This document shows, in pieces, positions 37,319 to 46,812 of a stretch of DNA of 64,000 nt. A program made the position numbers and the translations under genes. The stretch spans positions 288,001-352,000 of the forward strand of contig CALSNU010000002.1 in the NCBI GenBank assembly GCA_943787795.1, read 5' to 3'. The DNA is from an uncultured bacterium. GTDB taxonomy: Bacteria > Planctomycetota > UBA1135 > GCA-002686595. The notes below the pieces were generated by a model that did not search any database, was not told the DNA's origin, and saw nothing but the letters and a program-made list of their open reading frames with translations. Numbering within the stretch: position 1 is the stretch's first letter; the number at the start of each line of letters is the position of its first letter.

Positions 37319-37873
37319 TCAGACACACATGGCGGTCGACACCTCGAGCGCCCGCTCAGCCCCGACCAGCTCACCAGCGACCGCCAGGGCAAACTCGACG
37401 GAGGAGCCGGGGCCCAGGCTGGTGAGGACCGTCCCGTCCTGAACCACTCTCGCGTCCGAGGCGACGGCCCCAGCGGCGATGAGCTCGTCGCGAACGCTGG
37501 GATGACAGGTCATCCGCCGCCCCTCCACGGCCCCTGCCCGCACCAGGACCAGCGGCGCGGCGCACACGGCAGCCACCAGCTGACCTCCCGCCAGAAGGCT
37601 CTGGACCGCGCTGATGACGCGCTCATCGGATCGCAGCCGCTCCATACCGCCCATGCCGCCGGGGAGCACGAGCGCGTCCACGGGCTGCACAAGCGCCTCT
37701 TCGAGTCCAAGCTCGGCCATCAGGGTGACCCCTCGGGAGGCCCGCACTGGACCCGATCCATCGAGGCCCGCCACGACGACCTCAAGGCCCGCCCGCCGCA
37801 GGACGTCGATGACGATGACCGCCTCCATCTCCTCGACCCCCTCCGCCAGAGGCACCACAACACGCTTGCTCAT
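37319..37873 (-). CDS. DJ-1/ThiJ/YajL family protein
   Basis: GVEEMEA, DVLRRAG, LPGG, AVCAAP. Confidence 0.92.
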   Translation of the reverse strand: MSKRVVVPLAEGVEEMEAVIVIDVLRRAGLEVVVAGLDGSGPVRASRGVTLMAELGLEEALVQPVDALVLPGGMGGMERLRSDERVISAVQSLLAGGQLVAAVCAAPLVLVRAGAVEGRRMTCHPSVRDELIAAGAVASDARVVQDGTVLTSLGPGSSVEFALAVAGELVGAERALEVSTAMCV

Positions 37874-37931
37874 GGCGTGAGGATAGACGGGTCGGCGCAG
37901 CGGCGCCCGCCCTCACGTCAGCTTGCGACCC

Positions 37932-39773
37932 TCAGGCAGCCCGCCGAGCTGCGGAGGAGGCGCCAAAGACAGCGTCCCCCCAAAGGGCGAGGTTCCCGAG
38001 CAACCAGGTCAGCCGCCAGTGAGCCTGGGGGTCGCCGGCAACCGCCTGGAGCACCTCAGGCTCCACCCACTCCGCGAGGAATCCGGAGGCGGCGATCTCG
38101 TCCTTCACCGGCGCACACCAGGTCTCGAAGGGCAAGGGGAAGGACGCCTTCGGCCGCTTCTCGACCCGCTCTGGGATGGCGCCGCTGAAGGCTCGGCGCA
38201 GGATGACCTTCGAGCTCGAAGCCCCGGCCTTCCCGGCGATGAACTTCTCGGCCATGGGGAGCGACTCCGCGTAGCGGGCGACCTCCACGTCAGCGAAGGG
38301 GGTCCGCCCTTCGATGCCGTGGCGCATGGTGGCCCCGTCCAGTCGCTCCAGCAGGGAGCTGAGGTTGAAGCGGCGCTGAAGCTGGAGGTGAGCGTCGAGC
38401 GCGCTGCCCCCGACCCGCATCTGGGCCTCGCTCAGGGCGTACGCGCGCTCGTAGGCGTTCACGACGAACTCTGACTGTCCCGCTGCGTCGCCGCGGAGGA
38501 GCCCGTCCTGGGCTCCTGGAGACACCCAGGCCGTGGCCTCGAGGTGGAAACGAGCGGCCCCGATCGGGGGGGCCGAGAGATGACCGTGAGCCGCGTAGGC
38601 CGAGAGCACCGCGTCGTAGCCGCCGAAGAGCTCGTCGGCCCCCTCTCCGGAGAGCGCCACGCGCGCCCCCGACTCCCGGACGGAGGCAGCCAGCCGCGAG
38701 ATCGCGACCTCGTTTGGCGTGGAGAGCGGCTGGCCCAGGTGGGCCACATGCTCGCGCCAGGCTCCCATGAAGTCGGCCGCTTGAAGGTGAACATCGTGGT
38801 GCCGGGTCCCGAGCTCCCCGGCCAGGGTGCGCGCCTCGGCGGGATCCGGGCTGACCTCCACGCCGCCGTCGACGCCGGAGGCACACCAGGTCGCCAGGTC
38901 GTCACGCTGTGCCGCGATGATCGAGGCGATGATCGTGCTATCGAGGCCGCCGGAGAGCATCGCGCACACCGGGACGTCGCTCACCAGGTGCGCCAGAACC
39001 GAGTCGGTGACCACGGACCGGCAGACCTCGGGGTCCGGGTCAGCGGGCGCTGCGCCGAAGAGCAGTCCAGGCGTGTAGAGCTGCACCGGCCGGGGGCGCC
39101 GCTTGCAGAGGTCAACCTGAAGCGTCTCCCCTGGTTGGACCGCCTCGACGCCCTCGAACAGGGTCCGGCCCGCCATGGTCCTGCGGCTCGTGGCGAGGTA
39201 GGTGGAGAACATCTCCATGTCCGGGGCGACGCGCACCCTGGGATGCGCCACGAGGGCCCGCGCCTCGCTCGCGAACGCGAGGCCCGTGGGCGTCGACGCC
39301 CAGACCAGAGGCTTGACGCCGAGCGGGTCACGGGAGAGCAGGGCCGTCCGGGTCTCGAGGTCGACGAAGGCCAGCGCGAACATGCCCCGCATGGACCCGA
39401 TCGCTCCTCGGCCCCCGAGCGTCAGCGCCCAGAGCACCGTCTCCGCGTCGCAGGCCGTCTGAAAGCCCGCTCCGCCCGTCGCCTGGAGGACCGCTGGCTC
39501 GAGCGATGCCCGGAGCTCTGCGTCGTTGTAGAGCTCGCCGTTGTAGACGAGGGCGTACCGCCCACAGGGCGTCGTGATCGGCTGTGCGGCCGCGCCGTTG
39601 CGGGGATCACGCACGGCGAGCCGCGTATGACCCAGGAGAACGTTCTCACCGCGCCATAGCCCGCGGCCGTCCGGGCCGCGGTGATCCAGCTCAGCCAGCC
39701 AGCGCTCGGCCTGAGCGTCCGTCAGACCTACCGCCTCTCCGCGAGCCGTCACCTCTCCAAGAATTCCGCACAT
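37932..39773 (-). CDS. asnB: Asparagine synthase (glutamine-hydrolysing) family amidotransferase
   Basis: MCGI N-terminus, HRGPDG, YNGELYN, RDPLGVKPL, LSGGLDS, SGEGADELFGGY. Confidence 0.9.
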   Translation of the reverse strand: MCGILGEVTARGEAVGLTDAQAERWLAELDHRGPDGRGLWRGENVLLGHTRLAVRDPRNGAAAQPITTPCGRYALVYNGELYNDAELRASLEPAVLQATGGAGFQTACDAETVLWALTLGGRGAIGSMRGMFALAFVDLETRTALLSRDPLGVKPLVWASTPTGLAFASEARALVAHPRVRVAPDMEMFSTYLATSRRTMAGRTLFEGVEAVQPGETLQVDLCKRRPRPVQLYTPGLLFGAAPADPDPEVCRSVVTDSVLAHLVSDVPVCAMLSGGLDSTIIASIIAAQRDDLATWCASGVDGGVEVSPDPAEARTLAGELGTRHHDVHLQAADFMGAWREHVAHLGQPLSTPNEVAISRLAASVRESGARVALSGEGADELFGGYDAVLSAYAAHGHLSAPPIGAARFHLEATAWVSPGAQDGLLRGDAAGQSEFVVNAYERAYALSEAQMRVGGSALDAHLQLQRRFNLSSLLERLDGATMRHGIEGRTPFADVEVARYAESLPMAEKFIAGKAGASSSKVILRRAFSGAIPERVEKRPKASFPLPFETWCAPVKDEIAASGFLAEWVEPEVLQAVAGDPQAHWRLTWLLGNLALWGDAVFGASSAARRAA

Positions 39774-39886
39774 TGCCCCAGTCATCGGCTGGATCCCCTC
39801 GGAGGATGAGCGATCCGCGCTGAACCCCGCCAACAGGCGCGCCCTCGAGGCCTATGAGGGTGTCCAGGCCGCTGAAGGTGGGCTCC

Positions 39887-40654
39887 TCAGCGCCTCGGAC
39901 GAGCCACGACGAGCACGTGGAAGCCGAGGAGTGAGAGGCCAGGGACGGCGCAGAGGACCCGATCGATCCCGATGAAGAGCCTCGTCAGGAGCGCAGAGCC
40001 CGGGATAAACCGGAGCGCGCCGAGGTGATCGGGGAAGCCAGCGAAGACGTAGGCGAGGACGCCGAACTTCTTGGTCTTTAGGACCTCCATCCCGGCCTGC
40101 TCGGTCAGCTCCACGATCCCCTTGCGGGTGAAGCCCTGGTCCCCGACGTCAAAGTGGGGGCTCTTGCGGTACATCACCGCCCGGGCGAAGCGGATGAGCG
40201 GGTTGTCGTTGCAGGGCTCGCTCATGACGAGCAGGCCATCGTCGGTGAGCATGTCCTCGCAGCTCTCGAGGAAGCCCACGTGGTCACGCATGTGGTGCAG
40301 GCTGCCCTTGCAGAAGACCACGTCGAAGGCCGCCTCCCGGAAGGGCATGTGTTCTGCATCAGCCGTCACGAGCCGCGCGTTCGGAACGTACGCCTCGCTC
40401 ACCTTCAGCATCTCGTGACTGATGTCGAGGCCGACGGCTCCGGGTCGCTGCGCCTCGAGCTCGGCGAGGAAGAACCCGGTCCCGCACCCGATGTCCAGGA
40501 GCCGCGTGGCGGACGCCGGGGCATGGCGGATCATCTCCGCGTGCCACTCCTCCTGGAAGAGGCGGCTGAAGGCGAACGAGTATCGATACGCGTAGCGCGG
40601 CGCGAGCGCGCGGTGGAGCTCGATCTGCGCCTGGGCGTTGGAGTCGCTCGACAT
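39887..40654 (-). CDS. Class I SAM-dependent methyltransferase
   Basis: LLDIGCGTG, GLDIS, ADAEHMPF...FDVV, LHH. Confidence 0.9.
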   Translation of the reverse strand: MSSDSNAQAQIELHRALAPRYAYRYSFAFSRLFQEEWHAEMIRHAPASATRLLDIGCGTGFFLAELEAQRPGAVGLDISHEMLKVSEAYVPNARLVTADAEHMPFREAAFDVVFCKGSLHHMRDHVGFLESCEDMLTDDGLLVMSEPCNDNPLIRFARAVMYRKSPHFDVGDQGFTRKGIVELTEQAGMEVLKTKKFGVLAYVFAGFPDHLGALRFIPGSALLTRLFIGIDRVLCAVPGLSLLGFHVLVVARPRR

Positions 40655-40689
40655 GACGGTCGAAGTCTACCCGGCCCGCCCTGTCCGGG

Positions 40690-43600
40690 TCAGTTCCGCT
40701 CGACCCACTGCTGGGCGATCGTCCGCAGGTCGATCTCGGCCCCGTCATCGGCGCCGAAGTACCGGCGTTCAATCTGGAGCACCGTCGCGTCCAGCTCCCG
40801 CTGCGTGGCGCTGTCCATGTGGTTCGCCCGGCGGACCTCGCCCAGGAGGGAGAGCACGGTCACGGGGGTGATCTCGTCCGGGAGGCTCGGACCGGCGGTC
40901 TCGGCGTCCTGGGCCCCATCCTCCCTGGGGCGCAGCAGCCAGGCCGCCGCGCCGCCCAGAGCGAGGAGCAGCAGCCAGGGCCACGCCGAGCGGCCTCCCT
41001 CGGCTCCATAGTCGCTGCCAAGCTGGACCACCATCTCGGCGGTCATCAGGTCGGCGTCGTCGTAGCGCTGGAAGACGGCCTGGGTGTCCGCCTCGAGGGG
41101 CGCCGCGAACTGGAACTCGATGGGCGTACCGGCACCCTCGCGAGCCTCCATCTCCACCACCCAGAGGCGCTCGGACACCACGGCCTCCTCGTCGTCGGCG
41201 AAGCGGACCACGGACACGCCCTGCCCCTCGGTCTTGGTGACCTCGAAGCCCTCGGGGGCGAGGTCGACGATCTGATCCAGCTCGGGCACGAGCCCGTTGG
41301 CCTGGGCCTTCACCTCGAGGGTGAGGACGCCCTCGTCCGCGCGGCGTTCGTCAAGGATCTGGGTGACCTGCAGGTTCTCGTGGGGCCGGGTCCCGCCGCC
41401 CGCCGAGGCGTCGATGGCGACCACCGGCGAGGTCACGGGGAGGACCACGTAGCCGGTCACGTCATTGAAGTCGAGGTCCAGCTTCAGGGGCGGGACCCGG
41501 TCCACCGCCGCGTCGCGGGCCGTGGCGAGCACGTAGGCGTAGGGGGTCCGCCGCCAGCCGTAGTCGTCATCGGCCTTCGAGGCGGCGTCCTCGCGGTTGA
41601 AGGTGACGGACACCACGTCGAACTGCTCGCCGAGGGTCGCGCGCACGGACTCCTCGAACTTGTCCCGGTAGTTCTCCTGGGGCCGGCCGTAGTTGTAGTA
41701 GCTGTTGACCGCGTTGGCCTGGTTCTGAAGGTACTTGGCGAAGCCGCCGCTCTCGCGGGCGATCTCCTTGGTGTACCGGATGTCGACCTTGATCCCGAAG
41801 GGCTCCGTGCCGACGTCAGCCGAGCCGTCCACCGCGGTCACCAGCTCGATCTCGGTCACGAGGTCGGCGTAGTAGTCGTAGACCCGGCGCGCGGCCTTGG
41901 CCTGCGGGTGATCACCAACGACCTCGAAGCCCGCCTCGAGGAAGCGGTTCTTGCAGGCGGGGTTCACGCTGCTCAGGCGCGTGAACAGGTTGTTCGCGAA
42001 CATCGCGAGGTGGGCCTCGGCGGCCTCGCCCCCGATATCCTCGAGCATGTCAGAGATGAGCGGGATCTCCTTGCGCACCAGGATCGTCTCCTGGTCCACG
42101 GCCGCGAGGTCGGTCGCGCCGAGGGCCGAGTTGAACCACAGATCGAAGACCTGGGTGGAGTACTCGGAGGGCTTCAGGTCAGGCACCGACTCGACGTAGT
42201 GCAGCGCGGCCTCCCCGAAGAGGTCCAGGGCAGCTCGGCGCCCGCCGGCGAAGTCAGAGCTCTTCTGGAGCTTGTTGCGGTAGTTGTTCAGGTCGTGCAT
42301 CAGCGACGCGCGGGCCGCCTCGAGCTGCCAGGCGCCCACGTGGGCCTCGATGGCCCCGTCCAGCATGGCCGACGCGAGCTCGTAGCCCCGCTGGACCTCG
42401 GCCTCGATGTCCTTCTGCTTGCGGTTGGTGCCCGCGTTCTTCTGGACCTCGGGGGAGCGCCAGATCGTGGCGAGGTTGGCCCGCATGGTCTGGGCCATGG
42501 AGGCGAGGGTCTCGGGGTCGAGGGTCTCGAGGTCGCCAAAGACCCTCTCCATCACCTCGACGCGGTAGATCTCGGCCGCGCTGTGGCTCTGGATGAAGGC
42601 GCGAACCAGGAGCTTAGAGTCCACCTCGACGCCCTCCACTGCGCGCAGCCGCGCCACCCACTCGGAGAGGTCCTCGAGGTTCCGCTCCTGCTTGCTCCGG
42701 GTCAGCGGGATGCCGCTCGCGCGCTGATTGAAGCCGTAGGAGTAGTTGTAGATGTTCGACCGATTGCGGCTCGCGTTCGGGTCGTTGTTCTGGATCCAGA
42801 CGTCCATGAACGAGCGGGCGAGCTCGTTGGCCTTCTTCGGGTTCGAGGCCGCCAGGTCACGGATGAACGGGAAGGCGAGCTTCTCCTCGCCGACCTTCAG
42901 GTAGAGCTCCGCGATGGTCTGATCCACCTTGGGCCGAAGGCTCTCCGGCAGCGCGTCGCGCCAGCCGCCGTCCGGGCGGACCGCGAGCAGGTCGTCCGGC
43001 TCGATGGGGTTCACCGGGCGGTTGTAGTTGTTGTAGCGGTAGCTGTTGTCCTCCCAGTAGATGTTGCCGAAGGCGTCCCGGCGGGTGATCGGGCCCATGG
43101 AGGACTGCTCGGAGTTCTCGTAGGAGTACGCCGCCTCACGGAGCCACGCGTCGGAGAGCAGGACCAGCGTGGGCCGCCACTCCCCCGCGCGCTCGGGGGC
43201 GACCTCGAGCAGAGCGTCCACCGACTCGCGCATGAGCTTCAGGTCCGCGAGGCGGTCCTGGGGACGCGTCGAGCGCTGCACCATCCCCTTGGAGGCCTCG
43301 GCGCCGATGGTGGCGAGCACCTCCATGCCGCGGTCCGGCCGGTCGGTGAACGTCTCCCGGATCCACTCGGAGCCCTTCTCCCCGCCCACGACGCCCGCGT
43401 ACTGAACGGCGCGCTTGAGGGCCTCCCCTTTCAGGTTGTCCTTCAGCTCCCCCGGCGCGAGAACGGCGAGGTTGGCCTCCCAGGCACTGGCGAGCACCTC
43501 AGGGTCGAGCTCCGCCTTGTAGAGGGCGATCCGGTAGCGCGCGATGAGGTTGAGGGCCTCACGGTTGTCGTTGGAGAGCGCGTCCGTGAAGGGCGGCAGG

Positions 43601-44802
43601 AAGGGCTTGAGGTGGATGTCCTGGCGTTGGGCGCTGAGGAGCCAGGCCGCGAACATCGGCTTGACCACCCGCTCCTCCGGCGCCCGCTGGACCTCCATCT
43701 GCAAGCGCGCGACCCAGTCGTCGATGCTGTGCCCCTGGGCGAAGACCCGGGCCACCAACGGCGCGAGCATCCTGGCGTCGGCCGCGGTGAAGCCGCCCGG
43801 CGCGATCCGCATCAGCTCGATGATGTCGTCGAACTCGAAGGCGCACTGCTCCTGGTACTGGTTGAAGCGACCGTTCACCGGCTGCGGGGGCCGCGCGATC
43901 TTCGGCAGCATCTGGGTGTAGATCTGGCGACCGCTCTTGCCCAGGGAATCCAGGGCCGCCTCCACATCCTCCCAACGACCGAGGGTCACGTCGCGCTGGA
44001 AGAGCTGCACGTCTCTTGTGAGCCGCTTGGTGGCGAGCGCCTTGCGCTCCTTCTCCACCCGAGACTTCTCCTTCTTGTAGGCCTTGTGGGCCTCGTTCGA
44101 CGCGTTGTAGGCGGCGAGGTCCGCGTCGTAAGCTGCCTGCAGCTCGGCGTCCGACGCTTCAGCCGCCTGATAGGCCGCGAGGGCCTCGGCGTGGTCCTCC
44201 GCGTCGTGGTCCTCTTCAGCCTCCTGCTTGGCCTTGGCGAGCGCCGCGAGGTCCGCCACGGACCCCACCGGAGCCACCAGCTCCGAGGGAGCCACGGGAC
44301 GCTCGAGGGCCTGCAGCTTGGGCGCCTTCGGCTTCTTCGGCTTGGGCGCCGGCTCCTCCGGCATGGGCGGGTCCTGGAGCTCGGGGTCCTCCGCCGAGGT
44401 CAGCGGAGCCGCCTTGGACCATTCGGCGAGGATCTTGGAGGGCGTGCGGTCGAGGATGGCCTGCTGGAACTTCTGGACGCGCTTGGGGTCGACGGGCTTC
44501 TCCTCCTTCGGGCTCACCTTGGCCCCTGGGCCTCCCGGTGCGGCTCCCAGCATCTCCGCGGGGGGCTCGGGGACCTCCACATCCTCCAGGACGACGACGC
44601 CGCCGGTGGACGAACCCATGGTCATCGCAGGCATCATCTGCACCGGCGCCGTGGTGACCATGATCGGCGCGGCGCCCGTGGAGCCGCTGACGATCACCTT
44701 GGAGGAGAGGCTGATGCCCTGGACCGCGCTCTGCTGGGCGAGAGAGAGCGGGGCGAGGGCGACCGATGCGGCGGCGAAGGCCGCGAGGGTGAGACGGGAC
44801 AT
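40690..44802 (-). CDS. Large (~1370 aa) exported, C-terminally membrane-anchored protein of the MoxR/vWA operon
   Basis: Signal peptide MSRLTLAAFAAASVALAPLSLA, Pro/Lys linker, long helical region, beta-rich C-terminal domain, TM helix WPWLLLLALGGAAAWLL; host codon bias. Confidence 0.85.
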   Translation of the reverse strand: MSRLTLAAFAAASVALAPLSLAQQSAVQGISLSSKVIVSGSTGAAPIMVTTAPVQMMPAMTMGSSTGGVVVLEDVEVPEPPAEMLGAAPGGPGAKVSPKEEKPVDPKRVQKFQQAILDRTPSKILAEWSKAAPLTSAEDPELQDPPMPEEPAPKPKKPKAPKLQALERPVAPSELVAPVGSVADLAALAKAKQEAEEDHDAEDHAEALAAYQAAEASDAELQAAYDADLAAYNASNEAHKAYKKEKSRVEKERKALATKRLTRDVQLFQRDVTLGRWEDVEAALDSLGKSGRQIYTQMLPKIARPPQPVNGRFNQYQEQCAFEFDDIIELMRIAPGGFTAADARMLAPLVARVFAQGHSIDDWVARLQMEVQRAPEERVVKPMFAAWLLSAQRQDIHLKPFLPPFTDALSNDNREALNLIARYRIALYKAELDPEVLASAWEANLAVLAPGELKDNLKGEALKRAVQYAGVVGGEKGSEWIRETFTDRPDRGMEVLATIGAEASKGMVQRSTRPQDRLADLKLMRESVDALLEVAPERAGEWRPTLVLLSDAWLREAAYSYENSEQSSMGPITRRDAFGNIYWEDNSYRYNNYNRPVNPIEPDDLLAVRPDGGWRDALPESLRPKVDQTIAELYLKVGEEKLAFPFIRDLAASNPKKANELARSFMDVWIQNNDPNASRNRSNIYNYSYGFNQRASGIPLTRSKQERNLEDLSEWVARLRAVEGVEVDSKLLVRAFIQSHSAAEIYRVEVMERVFGDLETLDPETLASMAQTMRANLATIWRSPEVQKNAGTNRKQKDIEAEVQRGYELASAMLDGAIEAHVGAWQLEAARASLMHDLNNYRNKLQKSSDFAGGRRAALDLFGEAALHYVESVPDLKPSEYSTQVFDLWFNSALGATDLAAVDQETILVRKEIPLISDMLEDIGGEAAEAHLAMFANNLFTRLSSVNPACKNRFLEAGFEVVGDHPQAKAARRVYDYYADLVTEIELVTAVDGSADVGTEPFGIKVDIRYTKEIARESGGFAKYLQNQANAVNSYYNYGRPQENYRDKFEESVRATLGEQFDVVSVTFNREDAASKADDDYGWRRTPYAYVLATARDAAVDRVPPLKLDLDFNDVTGYVVLPVTSPVVAIDASAGGGTRPHENLQVTQILDERRADEGVLTLEVKAQANGLVPELDQIVDLAPEGFEVTKTEGQGVSVVRFADDEEAVVSERLWVVEMEAREGAGTPIEFQFAAPLEADTQAVFQRYDDADLMTAEMVVQLGSDYGAEGGRSAWPWLLLLALGGAAAWLLRPREDGAQDAETAGPSLPDEITPVTVLSLLGEVRRANHMDSATQRELDATVLQIERRYFGADDGAEIDLRTIAQQWVERN

Positions 44803-44928
44803 GGCGATCGGGAGGGTCACGGGCAGGTACATCAGGTTCGAACAACGGCGCCCATGGCGCGTGGTTTGGCGAGAGAGGCGGGACACGCCCCCCCCGCGCC
44901 CCCCCGGCGGAGGGGCATCTCCTCAAAC

Positions 44929-44966
44929 ACGGGGCCTGCCCGGCGTCACCGCCGGGCAGGCCCCGT
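44929..44966 (-). terminator. Perfect 17-bp inverted repeat (terminator or mRNA-stabilising hairpin)
   Basis: acggggcctgcccggcg-tcac-cgccgggcaggccccgt, followed by GTTT on the minus strand; begins 13 nt after the TGA at 44980-44982. Confidence 0.7.
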
Positions 44967-44979
44967 CGAGCTCGTCGGC

Positions 44980-45108
44980 TCAGGACCCTGAACCGTCGGG
45001 CGGCGGACCACCGCTCGCGCCACGGGAATCAGAGGGCTTCTTTCCAGACTTGGGCTTGCCCCGACCGGGGCGCTTTCCGGAACCGTTTCAGGTCCCGTTG
45101 CCGCTTCA
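44980..45108 (-). other. Candidate recoded C-terminal extension with two in-frame TGA (putative Sec) codons and SECIS-like hairpins
   Basis: In frame with the 45711 CDS: TGA-SGNGT-TGA-NGSGKRPGRGKPKSGKKPSDSRGASGGPPPDGSGS-TGA; hairpins at 45079-45096 and 45042-45082. Confidence 0.55.
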
Positions 45109-45711
45109 TTGGTTGGGCAGGGGCAGGCCCTGCAGCTCCTCCAGGTCGAGCCTGGCGAGCTTGATGGAGGACTCGAGGTCCTCCATGTGGGTTCGAGCCG
45201 CTTGCTCGTCGCCGCGCGCCTCGGCGCGCTCGGCGAGCAGCCGGTAGCTCTGACGGGCGACCTCGGCCTCGGGCTCCCACTCCTCGCGGGAGTAGCCCTC
45301 CAGGCGCATCAGCCAGGTGTAGTAGTACTGGGCGTTGGCGAGCCCCTCGCGGGCCTCGTCCAGCATCGCGCCCTCGGAGGCCTCGAGCGGAGACAGCTCG
45401 TCGACGAGCCCCGAGAGCTCGGAGCGCGCCGCGATGAGATCGGAGGAGGCCAGCTTGGCCTTGGCCGCGCTCAGGCGAATGCGCCGCGCGCTCCGCTCGA
45501 GCGCCGGGGTGTCGAGGCCCGGCAGGCTCTTGAGCGCCGCGTCGTAGTGCTCCACCGCGAGCGCCCAGTCCTTGGCTTCGGCGGCCTCGCGCGCGGCCGA
45601 GAGTTCGGCGTCCACGAGGTCGAGCTGGACGCCGTCCTGGCCCGGGCCTTCGTGGTAAGCCCACGCTCCCACAGGGAGCAGGAGCCAGCCGGCGATCATG
45701 AATCGTCTCAT
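45106..45711 (-). CDS. TPR-like membrane-anchored/exported protein of the MoxR/vWA operon (likely extends to 44980 by UGA recoding)
   Basis: N-terminal hydrophobic MRRFMIAGWLLLPVGAWAYH, TPR-like helices, LANAQYYYTWLMRLEG; the ORF stops at LQGLPLPNQ-TGA. Confidence 0.8.
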   Translation of the reverse strand: MRRFMIAGWLLLPVGAWAYHEGPGQDGVQLDLVDAELSAAREAAEAKDWALAVEHYDAALKSLPGLDTPALERSARRIRLSAAKAKLASSDLIAARSELSGLVDELSPLEASEGAMLDEAREGLANAQYYYTWLMRLEGYSREEWEPEAEVARQSYRLLAERAEARGDEQAARTHMEDLESSIKLARLDLEELQGLPLPNQ

Positions 45712-45803
45712 CGTGTCGTTCCTCGTGAGGTGCTCCGAACGGAGCAGGAGGGGGTTCTGTTGGAGTCTATCGGCAGATCCGGAGTCGGTGACCCAATCGA
45801 CCG

Positions 45804-46805
45804 TCAAGAGCGGGTGAGTTCGCCCGGGGCGCCTCGCCAGGAGGTTCTACGGTGGGCCCAGGGGCTCCCGAGGGCCCGCAGCAGCGGCGGCAGCAGCGCG
45901 AGGAGCAGGGCGCCGAGCACCAGCGCCAGGAGGGCGTACTCGCGACGACCGAGCTTGAGCGCCGCCTCCCGGTCCGCCCCCGCGGTCACGGTCCGGAGCA
46001 CCTCGCTGGCCACCTGGCGCTTGTTCCCGTCGTGGTACTGGCCGCCCAATCGGAGCGCCATCTGACGCAGGGCGGACACATCCTGACGGGAGTTCCGCCC
46101 GTTGATGAAGCTGCCCTTCGTGGGGTCGCCGATCCCGACCACGAGGACGCCCCCGATGGCGGGCGGCATCTTCGGCATGCCGGTGGGCGGGAGGGTGTCG
46201 CCGTCGCTGGCCACGATGAGGGTGGTGCTCCCCGGCTCCCAGGGAGCCGCGATGCGCGCCGCCTCCTCGAGCCCGTCGAACAGGCGCGTCTCGCCGGACT
46301 TGAAGGCGAAGTGCATGGGGAGGTCGCTCAGCACATTGCGCACGACCTCGGAGTCCGAGGTGTCCACCACCACCGGCATGGCGCCGGTGTAGGTGGCGAT
46401 GATCGAGATCTTGTACTGCCCGATGGCGACCCGCCCGAAGATCGAGTCCAGCACGTCCCGGGCGCGACCGGTGCGGCTCTGGGCCGCGTCGGGCCCGGCG
46501 TCCTCGAGGCGCATGGAGGGTGAGACGTCGAGGACCAGCACCAGGTGCTTCCACTCGTCCGGCCCCTTGTCCACCAGCCGGTGGGCCTTGGGCTTCACGT
46601 CCAGCAGCAGGCTCGAGAGTCCGAAGGCCAGCGCCGCCGCACCCGCGGCCCGGAGCAGCGGCACCACCTGGACCCAGGCGGCCGCGCGGCCTCCGGGCCC
46701 GAACGCGAGGTGACGCACGCGGCGGATCCGGCGCAGGTGCAGGAGCTCTCCGCCCAATACGAGGGCGAAGGCCGCCGCCGTGAGGATCATGGTCCAGTCG
46801 CTCAT
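45804..46805 (-). CDS. vWA domain membrane protein (BatB-like)
   Basis: MIDAS DVSPSM, T, SDGD; TM helices at both ends. Confidence 0.88.
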   Translation of the reverse strand: MSDWTMILTAAAFALVLGGELLHLRRIRRVRHLAFGPGGRAAAWVQVVPLLRAAGAAALAFGLSSLLLDVKPKAHRLVDKGPDEWKHLVLVLDVSPSMRLEDAGPDAAQSRTGRARDVLDSIFGRVAIGQYKISIIATYTGAMPVVVDTSDSEVVRNVLSDLPMHFAFKSGETRLFDGLEEAARIAAPWEPGSTTLIVASDGDTLPPTGMPKMPPAIGGVLVVGIGDPTKGSFINGRNSRQDVSALRQMALRLGGQYHDGNKRQVASEVLRTVTAGADREAALKLGRREYALLALVLGALLLALLPPLLRALGSPWAHRRTSWRGAPGELTRS

Positions 46806-46812
46806 CGCAGGA

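Noticed and set aside
37932..40654. asnB plus methyltransferase as a lasso-peptide/RiPP cluster
   Set aside because: AsnB keeps the full N-terminal Cys glutaminase domain; no precursor, RRE, leader peptidase or exporter is visible.
40819..44991. 1390-aa plus-strand ORF, and similar long ORFs at 17919-20294, 10918-12963, 20915-22666, 7362-8861 and 52400-53932
   Set aside because: Antisense shadows of well-supported genes, expected in high-GC DNA; no motifs of their own.
45029..45664. Overlapping 211-aa ORF as a frameshifted continuation of the TPR gene
   Set aside because: Arg/Gly/Pro-rich off-frame composition and no slippery site; the in-frame TGA read-through fits codon usage and hairpin position better.
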